The notes: generated by a model from the letters alone, not told the origin. A stretch of 64,000 nt of DNA from an uncultured Thermoplasmata archaeon (GCA_963768855.1 CAVYJM010000006.1:256001-320000); one strand, 5' to 3'. Counted from the first letter of the stretch, positions 27,601-37,897 are shown. Numbers and translations are program-made.

Positions 27601-29933
27601 CGTGTCGAAGACGCCCCCCGCGAGGGACTGGCCCTGCGCGAAGGGTCCGAAGTTGTTCCCGCGGTATACGGTCCCGTTCGGCGCCGTCACCTGGAGGTCG
27701 AGGTCGTTCACGAGGGCCTTCGACGCGCCGAGGGTCCCGGGGTAGTCCGTCCAGGTCAGCACGAACCGTGCGGTAGCCGCGCCCGGGACGACATGGAAGG
27801 TGTACGTCATCGCCCCGCCGGTGACGAGGCCCGCGCCATTGTCGACGACTTGCGAGTCGAACGCGTCCCCGGGAAGCGGGAGGATCTTGGACAGGAGGAT
27901 TCGGCCGAACCCCTGCTGGTTGTTCGGCCACGTCGCGGCGGACGCGCCCGCGCCCGTGAGTTGCTGCCCCGAGGCAAGGAGCATCGCCCGCATCAGGGCC
28001 GCGCTCGGGTCGAAGGCGTCCGATGCGACCGGGGCGCGCGATGGGTACCAGCCTTGGGTGAAGTACTGGCGGATGATCGCCGCAGCCGCCGCCGCGGCCG
28101 GCGTGGCATAACTCGTGCCCGCCCATCCGTGGTCGCCCGGCAGGGCGCAGGTGGCGATGTTCGCGCAGTCGTACGGGCTCCCGCTCGAGGTTGCTGAGAA
28201 TCCGTCCGCGGTCGCGAGGATGTCGGGTTTCAGCCGGCCGTCCTGGGTAGGACCGCGGCTGCTGAACGTCGCCACGTCGTTCTGGTTCCCGGAGCCCGCC
28301 GAGCCCGCGCACTGGGCGTACGCCCCGTCGGGGTTGCACGCGCCGCCCACCGCGACGACGTCCTTTGCGTTCCCCGGCGAGTCGATCGAGCTCGCCGCGG
28401 GCCCCGCGTTCCCGGCGGCGAAGAACATCGTGAAGTCGGGGTGGGCCCAGACGAAGGCGTCGACCATCCGCGCCTGCACGTCGTACGCCGTCTGCGCGGA
28501 CCCCCAGCTGTCGCTCTGGATCCGTACGGGCGCCAGGGGATCATTGTAGCCCAGTCCGGCGGGTCCGAAGAGATCTGCATAGTCCTGAGGGACGTAGAGG
28601 AGCGTCTCCCCGCCGCTCGAGCACGTATTCCCGGCGGCCAGTCCTCCGATGTCCTGGAAGTAGATCGACGCGGCGAGCGCGTTCCCGTTGTTCAGGTCGC
28701 CCGTGATGCCGTACGCGTTCCCGGCGAGCGTGGATGCAACGGCCGTCCCGTGGCCGTCCGCCGCCCCGTCATACGCGCAGTCCATGATCGAGTACGGATC
28801 CCAGGGGCCGCCCCCTCCGGGCCAGGCAAGCTGCCCGGTCAGGACGCCCATGTCCAGGTACCGCACGACCTTTCGCCGCGCGGGGTCCGTCGTGTTGAAC
28901 AGGTCCCCGGAGACAATCTGGGAGCCGCGTTCGCGGAACTGGGCGTTGTCGTAGTCGAGGCCCGTGTCCGCGATGCCGATGACCTGGCCCGTGCCGTTCA
29001 GGTTCGCGTTCCAGTACCGGAAGCTCCCGCTGACGTTCGTCTGGAGGACCCAGTCCGTCGCGTAGTTCTGCGTGTGAATCGGCAGGACGGGATCGATATA
29101 CTGGACCTCGGGCAGAGCCGCGATGGCGGGGATCAGCGTAGCAGGTACCCGCGCGCGGACCCACTCGAAGTCCCCCTGCCCGAAGGCGCCCGCGATCCCG
29201 GGGGCGGTCGGGTCGAGCCCTCCGGCGGGCACCCCCTGCCGCGCGAGCCACGCGATGACCGCGTTCACGGGTTCTCCGGGGACCACGACGATCCGAAGAT
29301 CCTGGATCCCGCTCGCCGAGGCGAGCGCCGGCGGAGTCTTCCAGGATGGTTCGTACGTTCCGGTCCAGTCCACATACGGGAGGGATGCGAGCCCCGAGAC
29401 TGCGGCGGGCGTCCCCCGGACGAGCAGTGCGTCGTTCGGGATGTACAGAAGGATCTGAAGGCCCCGTCCCTCGAGCGTGGCCTGCCACGCGTCTTTGATC
29501 GGAGCGTGGAAGTGCACCAGACCGACAGCCTCCCCGCTCCCGTCCGTCGGCCACGAGCCGCCGTCGGCGACCGCGAGCGTGCGCACATCGAGGTCGCCGT
29601 TCACGAGATGGAGGAAGGGAGCCGCGGGCATCGGGACCGCATACCAGCCCGAGGCGGTCAGCCGATCCAGGGACGAGGGCGGGCCGCGGGCCACGGAGAA
29701 CGCGCCGTAGCCCTCGAGGATCTGGGCTCCCGCCGCGGCGGTTTCCTGGGTCGACGCGTCGGTGCGGAACGTGACCCAGTCGGAGGAGATCGGGGCCGGT
29801 CCGGGTCCCACGGGTTGCGGGAGCCAAGACGGGAGCTGGAGGACCAGGACGAAGGCGAGGAGGACGACCGCCGCGATACGCCACCAGCGAAGGGCCGTGC
29901 TGCCTTTCCTCCTCGGTGGACCGAAGGCCGCAT
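24633..29933 (-). CDS. Large secreted S8 (KP-43-like) protease with FN3/Ig domains; reading frame broken by apparent single-base indels
   Basis: IADTGLD, GHGTAVASTLAG, AAGNAG, AGTSYATP, GWYP, QGFGR. The frame changes near 25282 (YRVWRAPGA to GPYALVSGNL). The in-frame hydrophobic leader lacks a start codon; the nearest ATG (29933) is one base off. Confidence 0.8.
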
Positions 29934-30025
29934 CGAAGCCTCGGTTCCGGGGAGGTAAGATGCGGGGCTCGCCACATTAGGCTTTTGGCCCGAATCCGGA
30001 CACGCGTCGCGGTCGCGAGGAGCGT

Positions 30026-30736
30026 TCACTCCGCGATGATCCGCGTGGCCTGCAGGATCCCGTTCTGGAAAATGAGCGTGTAGTAGTTCGGCGAGTGGTT
30101 CGTGCCGCGCATCTTCACGCACCGGATGCGGCGCTGGATGTTCGCGTCGTCCACGCGCTCCATCTTCAGGTGGATGATCGCGTCGCTCAGGAACTCCTCG
30201 CCGTTCTTGCCGAAATCCTCGCTGCCCGGCTTCATCTCGGAGATCAGGATCGTCGTGGCCTTGAGGTCCCGCAGCCACTCGAAGAGCTGGAACAGATCCT
30301 CCCGCGGGTTCTCGAAGCGCGCCATGACCTCGAGCACGGGGAGCGAGTCGACGACGAGGAGGTCGTAGTTCAGGGAGCGCTTCAGGTTCGACGCATACAT
30401 CTTGAAGATGTCGATCCACGTCCGCTGCGCCATGCCGTCCAGGTTGCGGCGGATCATCCCGAGGTCGACGATGCTGACCTTGTTCTCCACGTCCTTCGGG
30501 CTCAGGCTCATGCTGACAAGGTGACGCGTGAGGTTCTCCCGCCCCTGCTCCAGGGAGATGTACGTGCCCGTGCGCCCCTCCCGAAGCGCGTTCTGGTAGA
30601 GCACGTTGAACGCGATCGTGGACTTCATCGTCCCCGGTTCCCCCGCGAGCAGGACGACGCTGCCTGGAGGAATGCCGCCGCTGAGCTTCTCATCAAAACC
30701 GTGAATGAAGGTGCGGATGCGGTCTTCTTGCCCCAT
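30026..30736 (-). CDS. Single-domain KaiC/RAD55-like ATPase
   Basis: GFDEKLSGGIP, GEPGTMKS Walker A variant, YISLEQ, VVDSL, EEFLSD, VKMRGT.HS. Confidence 0.88.
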   Translation of the reverse strand: MGQEDRIRTFIHGFDEKLSGGIPPGSVVLLAGEPGTMKSTIAFNVLYQNALREGRTGTYISLEQGRENLTRHLVSMSLSPKDVENKVSIVDLGMIRRNLDGMAQRTWIDIFKMYASNLKRSLNYDLLVVDSLPVLEVMARFENPREDLFQLFEWLRDLKATTILISEMKPGSEDFGKNGEEFLSDAIIHLKMERVDDANIQRRIRCVKMRGTNHSPNYYTLIFQNGILQATRIIAE

Positions 30737-30983
30737 CGTGGGGCGTTCCATCCGAAGGACGGCCTATAGCCGTTCCGAGACGGTTATCAGGGCCGATAGC
30801 CGCGCCTGCCCCATCCCTTCGAAAAATAAGGGGGAGTGATCGGTAAGGTGACGGGTGGAGGACGGTCCTGGGTGATATGAGCCTTCCTGAACTCGGTCTG
30901 TAAGCAACCTTTCCTCTGGAAGCGGGGGTGAAACGTTTATTTGTTATCCGGTCTGTTACCAGGGCCGCGGGGGAACCTTCTTC

Positions 30984-31568
30984 TTGTTCGTACCTGAGAG
31001 GAACCTGAAGGACCTCATCGTCTCCTACATCCGCGACAAGGAGCGGTCGATCAGCGGGCTCACGAAGCAACTGGAGGCGGACGGCTACAGCTTCCACCGG
31101 CTCTTCGTGACCGGGTACCTCAAGGCCCTCGCCGACGTCGGGATGCTGAAGGAAAAGGAGATCCCTCCCGCCAAGGTGTACACGGCCTCCGCCCACCGGG
31201 AGGCGAACCTCTATGAGATGGTCGGTGAGCGGTGCCGGGAGGCGGCCTCGGACGAGATGGCCCAAACCCGCCTCGCGGTCGCCGCCCTCCAGCGCCTCTT
31301 CCGTCGGCCCGTCTTCCTGCGGGAGCTGCGGGAGTGCGGCTTCGCAGGGGCCGTGGACGCACCCGCCGTCGCGAAGGAGGAACGGGAGGAGGCGCGTCGT
31401 GCGCTCGCGAAGCTCGGTCTCCAGATTCCGACGAACGAGCCCGCCTACCGCGTCGAGGAGCGGCGGAATGACCTGCGGGACGCGATCCTGTGCGACATCA
31501 TCGTGGAGCGCTTCGGGCTGACGACCCTCGTCCTCGACACGAAGCAGATGAAGCTGATGGAGCGCTGA
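30984..31568 (+). CDS. Hypothetical protein with probable N-terminal winged helix
   Basis: SISGLTKQLE...HRLFVTGYLKALAD.G.L.EKEIPPAKVY; divergent from the KaiC-like gene. Confidence 0.7.
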   Translation: MFVPERNLKDLIVSYIRDKERSISGLTKQLEADGYSFHRLFVTGYLKALADVGMLKEKEIPPAKVYTASAHREANLYEMVGERCREAASDEMAQTRLAVAALQRLFRRPVFLRELRECGFAGAVDAPAVAKEEREEARRALAKLGLQIPTNEPAYRVEERRNDLRDAILCDIIVERFGLTTLVLDTKQMKLMER

Positions 31569-31573
31569 GGGGA

Positions 31574-31884
31574 GCTAGGCCATCGGGGTGGACGCTCAGC
31601 TCTAACGCTGGTGGATCCGGGTGCCTCCTCGGTCCTGCGACCCCGCGAGCGTTGGTAGTCCGCGGTTAGGCTGCTCACTTCCGTGCCTGACCCGTTCCCC
31701 ACGGTCAGGATAAGGGACGCAACTCTCCAGCTGCGTTCCCTACCGCCTCCAGCCCCGCGGGACAGAGCCTCAACGTCGGCATCCGGACCAGCGCCAGACT
31801 GGGAGCGCCGCCCCCGACTGTCACCGCCCCATGAGGACGATTTGGGTCTAAAAGGAGACGCCCGGCCTCCCGGTCAAGCCTAGC
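31574..31884 (-). ncRNA. ffs: Archaeal SRP (7S) RNA
   Basis: About 311 nt. 5' GCUAGGC pairs with 3' GCCUAGC (helix 1). Alu-like GGGAGGCCGGGCGUCUCC..ACCCAAAUCGUC; helix 6 with GGAG loop (31714-31740); helix 8 UCAGGCACGGAAGUGAGCAG (31671-31690); TTAAATA about 25 nt upstream. Confidence 0.93.
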
Positions 31885-31907
31885 GGGAAAGCCCAACCGA
31901 GGCCATC

Positions 31908-32219
31908 CTATTTAACGATTCTCGGACGGTCGTCGGCCAGCTCCGCAGGGGCGGGCGGAGCACGGGTCGTCGGGGCCGTCTCAAGCGCGGCGGCGCGGGA
32001 CTTCTGGAACCGGCCGAAGGTCGAGAGGAGCATGAGCCCGCCGAGGAAGAACACGCCCGCGGAACACACGAGCCGCCACGATTCGAGATCCTGCCCGAAC
32101 GGCCCGCTGGCGGTCAGGTCGGCGGTGAAGTAGAAGACGATCGCGGTCACGATGATCCAGAGCCCGATCACCATGGGCATCCAGACGCCGAGGATGCTCC
32201 GGACCCGTTCGCGGTTCAT
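31908..32219 (-). CDS. Small two-TM hypothetical protein
   Basis: MNRERVRSILGVWMPMVIGLWIIVTAIVFYF...VFFLGGLMLL; overlaps the NAC stop codon. Confidence 0.7.
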   Translation of the reverse strand: MNRERVRSILGVWMPMVIGLWIIVTAIVFYFTADLTASGPFGQDLESWRLVCSAGVFFLGGLMLLSTFGRFQKSRAAALETAPTTRAPPAPAELADDRPRIVK

Positions 32220-32590
32220 CGGCTCATCAGTCGGATGATCGCTTCCGCCGGCTCGCCGCCGCACTCCTCGAGCGCCTTGCGCGCTTCCTCGGCGGAGACG
32301 CCGGCCTTCTCCGCGACGAGCGCGACATCCTCGTCCAGAATCGCCGAGGGCTCGCTGGGCGCTGCCTTCTTCGCGTCGGCACGGTCGCGGACGAGCGGCT
32401 CGCCGATGATCTGCCAGATCTTCTGGCCCTGAGCGGTGATCGCAGTCACCGCCGCGTTGCGGATCACGTATTCCTTGTCGGCGGTGCGGATGACGACCTC
32501 TTCGACCCCGTCGAGCTCCTCCTGCTCGATGCCCATGCGTTTCATCGCTTGACGCATCTGCTTGGGGTTCACGCGTCCGCCCGGAATCAT
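32216..32590 (-). CDS. nac: Nascent polypeptide-associated complex protein
   Basis: MIPGGRVNPKQMRQAMKRMGI..EL.GVEEV, QI.GE, UBA-like AEAIIRL. Confidence 0.93.
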   Translation of the reverse strand: MIPGGRVNPKQMRQAMKRMGIEQEELDGVEEVVIRTADKEYVIRNAAVTAITAQGQKIWQIIGEPLVRDRADAKKAAPSEPSAILDEDVALVAEKAGVSAEEARKALEECGGEPAEAIIRLMSR

Positions 32591-32714
32591 GGGGTCACCA
32601 TCGTTGGCATGGTCAGGTTCCGGATAAAGGTTCTGCGGTGTCCTCTGGAATTCTCCCGCACCGCAGCGGTGCTCTTTCGCACGTTTAAATACGCCGGCCC
32701 GCATCGACTTCTCG

Positions 32715-34511
32715 TTGCGAATCGCTGTAGTGTTCAAGGACCGGTGCCAGCCCAAGCGTTGTCATCTCGAATGCATCAGCTTCTGTCCGCCGCAACGGAC
32801 GGGGACCGAAGTCATCTGGATCGACCCCGAAACAGCCAAGGCGACAATCAGTGAAGAAACATGCATTTCTTGCGGAATATGCGTGAAAAAATGTCCGTTC
32901 GATGCCATTCGCATAATTGGACTCCCCGAGGAATTGAAGGAAGACTTGGTTCACCAATACGGCAAGAACGCCTTCCGGCTGTTCCGCCTTCCGGTCCCGA
33001 AGAAGGGCTCGGTCACAGGGCTTCTAGGACCGAACGGGATCGGGAAGACCACCACGGTGGGCATCCTGAGCGGCGAGACCGCGCCCAATCTCGGTCACTA
33101 CCGCCGCAAGAAGCCTCATTGGGACGAGGTGCTCGACTACTTCAAGGGCACCGAGCTCCACGACTATCTCGAGAAGATCTCAACGGGCCAGCTGAAAACG
33201 GCGATCAAGCCGCAGTACGTCGACCGGCTCAACAAGGTGTACAGCGGGCGGGTCCGCGAGCTCCTCGCCAAGATCGACACGGACAATCGCCTCGACTCCC
33301 TGATGGAGCCGCTGGGCCTCCCGAGCTTCCTCGATCGGGACATCGGCCAGCTCTCCGGCGGAGAGCTCCAGCGCGTCGCGATCGCCGCGACGATGCTGAA
33401 GGAGGCCGACGTCTACTTCTTCGACGAGCCGTCCTCCTACCTGGACATCTACCAACGACTCCAGGTCGCCAAGGTCATCCAGGGCCTTGCGAAGGAGAAA
33501 TACGTCGTCGTGGTCGAGCACGACCTCGCGGTTCTCGACTTCCTCGCGGAGACCGTGTACCTGATGTACGGCTCCGAGGGAGCCTACGGAATCATCGCGG
33601 AACCGCGGCCCGTCCGCACCGCGATCAACGTCTACCTGGGCGGCTACATGAAGGAAGAGAACATGCGCTTCCGGGACCGCGAGATCCGCTTCGAGTCCCG
33701 CCCGCCGCGGGGGGCCTGGAAGGCGGAGACCCTCGTGACCTTCGACTCCCTGACGAAGCGTTACGAGAACTTCGAGTTGACCGTGCAGCCGGGGAAGCTG
33801 CGCAAGGGCGAGGTCGTCGGTGTGGTCGGACCGAACGCGACCGGCAAGACGACGTTCGTCAAGATGCTCGCGGGCGAGGAGACGCCCACGACCGGCACGG
33901 TCCAGGGGAAGTGGCAGGTCTCCTACAAGCCGCAGTACCTCGAGTCCGCGTACGAAGGGACCGTGCGCGAGCTCTTCCTGAATGCGATCGGCAAGAAGGT
34001 GGAGTCGGGCTACTTCGACACGGAGATCCTCGAGCCCCTCAAGGTGAAGGGGATGCTCGAGCGCGACGTGGCCACGCTCTCCGGCGGCGAGCTCCAGCGG
34101 GTCGCGATCGCCCTCTGCCTCGGACGGGATGCGGACATCTACCTCATCGACGAGCCCTCAGCCTACCTCGATTCGAACCAGCGCATGGAGGCCGCCCGGA
34201 CGATTCGCCGGATCATGGAACGCGAGGCCCGCACGGGGCTCATCGTCGACCACGACGTCTACTTCATCGACATGGTCTCGGACAGCATCATGGTCTTCTC
34301 CGGCGACCCGGGCCGCACGGGTCTCGGTGAGGGCCCGTTCCCCATGCGGGATGGGATGAACCGGTTCCTCAAGATGGTCGGCATCACCTTCCGCCGCGAC
34401 GCGGACACGAACCGCCCGCGAATCAACAAGCTCGACTCCCGTCTGGACCGCGAGCAGAAGTCGTCCGGGGAGTACTACTACGCGGTCGAAGAAGCGGCGA
34501 ACGCCGGGTGA
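32715..34511 (+). CDS. Ribosome recycling ATPase ABCE1/Rli1
   Basis: N-terminal 2x[4Fe-4S] (CISCGICVKKCP), two ABC cassettes (GPNGIGKT, LSGGELQR, GPNATGKT), RPRINK.DS..D.EQK. Confidence 0.97.
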   Translation: MRIAVVFKDRCQPKRCHLECISFCPPQRTGTEVIWIDPETAKATISEETCISCGICVKKCPFDAIRIIGLPEELKEDLVHQYGKNAFRLFRLPVPKKGSVTGLLGPNGIGKTTTVGILSGETAPNLGHYRRKKPHWDEVLDYFKGTELHDYLEKISTGQLKTAIKPQYVDRLNKVYSGRVRELLAKIDTDNRLDSLMEPLGLPSFLDRDIGQLSGGELQRVAIAATMLKEADVYFFDEPSSYLDIYQRLQVAKVIQGLAKEKYVVVVEHDLAVLDFLAETVYLMYGSEGAYGIIAEPRPVRTAINVYLGGYMKEENMRFRDREIRFESRPPRGAWKAETLVTFDSLTKRYENFELTVQPGKLRKGEVVGVVGPNATGKTTFVKMLAGEETPTTGTVQGKWQVSYKPQYLESAYEGTVRELFLNAIGKKVESGYFDTEILEPLKVKGMLERDVATLSGGELQRVAIALCLGRDADIYLIDEPSAYLDSNQRMEAARTIRRIMEREARTGLIVDHDVYFIDMVSDSIMVFSGDPGRTGLGEGPFPMRDGMNRFLKMVGITFRRDADTNRPRINKLDSRLDREQKSSGEYYYAVEEAANAG

Positions 34512-34523
34512 TTCGTCCGCGGC

Positions 34524-35777
34524 CTACGGCGCGTGGCGGGCCACGGGCCGCCCGGCCCGCTCGGCGATGGGCTCGCCGTCTTCCACGATCCGCTCGCCCC
34601 GGAGGTATACGGTCCGCGGGAAGACGCCTTCCATGCCCTCGAACGGCGTCCAGCCGCACTTGTAGCGCACCCGGCGCGCGGTGATCTTCATCACGACGCG
34701 GGCGTCCACCACGACGAGGTCCGCGTCCGCCCCGACCTCGATGCGCCCCTTCGGGATGCCGAGGATCTCGGCGGGCCGCGCGGCCATCGAATGGACGAGT
34801 CGGTCCAGGGAGAGCTCGCCGGATCGGACCTGGCGCAGGAGCAGCGGGAGGGCCGTCGCAACTCCCGGAAGGCCGGAGGGCGCCTCGTCGAACGGCTCCT
34901 CTTTCTCCCCCTGGGTGTGGGGCGCATGGTCCGTCCCGACGACATCGATGCGACCCGCCGCGAATGCGGCCCACAGCGCCTTGCGGTCTTCGGGGGAGCG
35001 CAGGGGCGGGTTCACCTTCCCGAAGGCCTTCAGCGGTCGCGCGCAGTCGAGGAAGAGGTGGTGGGGCGTGACCTCCGTCGTCACGCCCTGCGGGATTGCG
35101 TCGAGCGCTTCCACGCACGTGACATGCGCGACGTGCAGCGGGCCGTCCACCCGGAGCTTGCCGAGCGTCTCGATCGCGCTCACCTCGGACTCCTTCGGTC
35201 GGGCCTGGGAATGTCCCGCCAGGGTCGTGGGTGGTTCCTTCTGGAATCGTGTGGCGTCCTCGGCGTGGGCGACGACCAGCGTGTGGGCCTCCCCGGCGGA
35301 TCGGAGCACCTCGCCCAGCGTGCCCTCATCGATCTGGAGCCCGCCGGTGCTCTCGGCCATGTAGACCTTGTACGCGGTCGCCTCGGAGAGCTGGGCCACG
35401 GACGCCTCGGACCGCGGAGCGGCGAAGAGGCCATAGTCGACGGCGGCCCGGCCGCGGACGCGGGCCCACTTCTTCCGGAGGCTCTCGGCCGTCGTGACAG
35501 GCGGGCGGGTGTTCGGCATGTCGACGACCGTCGTCACGCCGCCGAGGGCGGCGGACCGCGTCCCGCTCGGGAAGTCCTCCTTCTCCGTGAGTCCGGGATC
35601 CCGCAGGTGGACGTGCATGTCCACGCATCCCGGGAGGATGAGCGCGTCTCCGTGGTCCTCGACGTCCACGGACTCGAGGACTTTCTTGATCGCGACGATC
35701 GTGCCTTCCTCGTCCACTCCGATCTCCAGTGGTTCGACCCGGTCGCGGTAGTAGACGCGCCCCCGGATGACGCGCAT
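34524..35777 (-). CDS. pyrC: Dihydroorotase (amidohydrolase superfamily)
   Basis: PGCVDMHVHLRDPG, DMPNT.PP, HAED, HVAHV, EVTPHHL, KVNPPLR, TDHAPH. Confidence 0.8.
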   Translation of the reverse strand: MRVIRGRVYYRDRVEPLEIGVDEEGTIVAIKKVLESVDVEDHGDALILPGCVDMHVHLRDPGLTEKEDFPSGTRSAALGGVTTVVDMPNTRPPVTTAESLRKKWARVRGRAAVDYGLFAAPRSEASVAQLSEATAYKVYMAESTGGLQIDEGTLGEVLRSAGEAHTLVVAHAEDATRFQKEPPTTLAGHSQARPKESEVSAIETLGKLRVDGPLHVAHVTCVEALDAIPQGVTTEVTPHHLFLDCARPLKAFGKVNPPLRSPEDRKALWAAFAAGRIDVVGTDHAPHTQGEKEEPFDEAPSGLPGVATALPLLLRQVRSGELSLDRLVHSMAARPAEILGIPKGRIEVGADADLVVVDARVVMKITARRVRYKCGWTPFEGMEGVFPRTVYLRGERIVEDGEPIAERAGRPVARHAP

Positions 35778-35781
35778 GGTC

Positions 35782-36405
35782 TCACGCCGTCTTCCGTCGC
35801 ACGATGGCGCCGCGGGGCTCGACTTCCTCGAAGATCTCGCTCTGGAACTTCTTCACCCGGGTCGACTCCTCGAGCCAGGCGTCGGGCATGAGGCCCGCCT
35901 TCATGCAGCATTCGGAGAGGAAGGTCTCCGCGTCCATGTGATGTTCCGTCGCGACCTGCGGCAGGAAGAGTCCGCGGAAGGCCCCCTGCGCCACGACGAT
36001 GCCGTCCTCGCCCAGCCGGATCTGCTTCGGCAGGTCCCGCTGCTTCTTCACCTCGATCGGCTGGGGTGGTGTGAGCAGACTGACCTCCACGACCACCTTC
36101 GGGAGCTCCTCCCGTTTCAGCGGCGGGAACCGCGGGTCCTCCGCGGCGCCCTCTGCACTCTTCACGACCGCCTTCAGCAACGGGAAGAACGGCTCCGGAT
36201 ACCCGATGCATCCGCGCAACCGCGCGTATGGATCCTCGACCCCGTGGTTGCTCAGCGTGACGAAGGCACCGGCCTTCTCTTCGAAGGTCTTGGGCACGAC
36301 GAAGGACCGCATCGTACGGTCCTCCACGAAGGCCTCGAGCGCCTCGCGGGCAATCTGGACCGCGAGGACTCCCTCTTGGTCCGTGTACCGCATCTTCACG
36401 GACAT
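35782..36405 (-). CDS. AMMECR1-domain protein
   Basis: GAFVTL, LRGCIGYPEP, AAEDPRF.PL, EVSLLT.P, GLFLPQVA, CMKAG. Confidence 0.92.
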   Translation of the reverse strand: MSVKMRYTDQEGVLAVQIAREALEAFVEDRTMRSFVVPKTFEEKAGAFVTLSNHGVEDPYARLRGCIGYPEPFFPLLKAVVKSAEGAAEDPRFPPLKREELPKVVVEVSLLTPPQPIEVKKQRDLPKQIRLGEDGIVVAQGAFRGLFLPQVATEHHMDAETFLSECCMKAGLMPDAWLEESTRVKKFQSEIFEEVEPRGAIVRRKTA

Positions 36406-36511
36406 GCGGGGTGCGTCGCTTAACGTTGTCGCACGGACCTCTCACCCATGTCCCGCCGGCCTGACGCAAACCTTTTATCGCCCCCGGTCGCTAGGTCGCG
36501 TTGGTAGTGGC

Positions 36512-37045
36512 ATGAGAGCGCGCGTCCCCGTCGAGGAAATCATGAGCGCGAGTCCCATCACGATTCCGGTGGACGCCACGGTGGCCGAGGCCGCCGTCGT
36601 CATGCGCGACAAGGAGGTCGGCAGCCTGGTCGTGATCGACGGCGGGCGCCCCTCGGGGATTATTACGGAGCGGGACATCGTCACGAAGGTCGCGGCCGGG
36701 ATGCAGCCCTCGGATCATACGAGCGTTCGCGACGTCATGTCCTCCCCGCTGGTCGCGGTGCACCCGCACCAGGAGGTCGCGGAGGCCGCCAAGATCATGG
36801 CGGCGCGGAAGATCCGCCGCCTGCCCGTGATCAAGGAAGGCAAGCTCGTCGGCATGCTCACGGAGAACGACATCATCCGCGTGTGGCCGCAGCTCATCGA
36901 GGTGACGCGGGAGTGGGACCGGGCCGGCCTCGAGTCGCAGTTCGCGAAGGGCGTGGAGGGACACTGTGAGGCCTGTGGGGTGTACTCGACCCATTTGGTC
37001 TGGGACCGAAATCTGCTCGTCTGCCCGGAGTGCAGGAGCGGATAA
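36512..37045 (+). CDS. CBS-domain pair protein with C-terminal Cys4 zinc finger
   Basis: GIITERDIV, VRDVMSSP, IRRLPVI, CEACG...CPEC. Confidence 0.88.
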   Translation: MRARVPVEEIMSASPITIPVDATVAEAAVVMRDKEVGSLVVIDGGRPSGIITERDIVTKVAAGMQPSDHTSVRDVMSSPLVAVHPHQEVAEAAKIMAARKIRRLPVIKEGKLVGMLTENDIIRVWPQLIEVTREWDRAGLESQFAKGVEGHCEACGVYSTHLVWDRNLLVCPECRSG

Positions 37046-37089
37046 CCGGTAGAGAAAGTTTATAGACCGTCCTCCGGCTTTCGGCCGCA

Positions 37090-37497
37090 GTGGCCCGGCT
37101 CGTCAAGATTTCTCAAGAGGAACTCGACTCCGTGCGCAAGCTCTACGAGAGCGTCATGTCGTACGCATGCCACGGGCTCTTCTTCCGCGAAGGCATGGTC
37201 CTCGCCGACGAGATGGTGAAATCCCTCGCCCCGAACCAGGACCCGCTCGTCGCGGGACGGCAGATGATCCTCGACCGCGGCTGGGCGGAGGACGTCCTCT
37301 TCACGGACGCGGGCGCCCGCGTCCACGGTTCCATCGAGGTCTCCCCGGGATCGGAGATGGAGACCTGTCACCGGATTCGCGGGATCCTCTCCAAGGTCCT
37401 CGAGGCGAAGACGAAGCAGCGCATCCGCCTGAACGAGGTGGAGTGCGTGAGCACAGGGGCCAAGGAGTGCGTGTTCGAGCGGGAGGGAAGCTCGTGA
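37090..37497 (+). CDS. V4R-domain protein
   Basis: ETCHRIRG.L...EVEC...GAKECVFE pattern. Confidence 0.8.
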   Translation: MARLVKISQEELDSVRKLYESVMSYACHGLFFREGMVLADEMVKSLAPNQDPLVAGRQMILDRGWAEDVLFTDAGARVHGSIEVSPGSEMETCHRIRGILSKVLEAKTKQRIRLNEVECVSTGAKECVFEREGSS

Positions 37498-37850
37498 CGA
37501 GCCTGGAAGAGATGGTCCGCGCACTCCGGGACGTGACCCAGGCGGAGGCGGTCGCGGTGATTAACCGCGACGGAGCGATCGTCGCGGCCGCCCTGCCGCC
37601 TTCCGTTTCCCCGGAAACGTTCTCGATTATGTGCGCCGCGATCCTCGGAGCGGGCATGACCGCGGCGACCGAGTTCCGACATGCCGCCCCGCACCGCGTC
37701 GTCTTGGAATCCAAGGACGCCACGATCATGATCGACGAAATCGGCCGACGTGCGATGCTCGTGCTCGTCGTAGCGCCCGAGCGGCCGACGGAGAACCTCG
37801 CCACCTCGATCTCGCGTTTCCGACAGGCGGTGGAGAAGGACCTCAGCTGA
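37494..37850 (+). CDS. Roadblock/LC7 (MglB-like) protein
   Basis: AVAVINRDGAIVAAALP...SIMCAAILGAGMTAA; GTGA overlap with the V4R gene. Confidence 0.85.
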   Translation: MTSLEEMVRALRDVTQAEAVAVINRDGAIVAAALPPSVSPETFSIMCAAILGAGMTAATEFRHAAPHRVVLESKDATIMIDEIGRRAMLVLVVAPERPTENLATSISRFRQAVEKDLS

Positions 37851-37897
37851 CCGCTCCGTGGCAAGGATTAAGGCCGCGGCTCCGATGGGCGTGCCGC

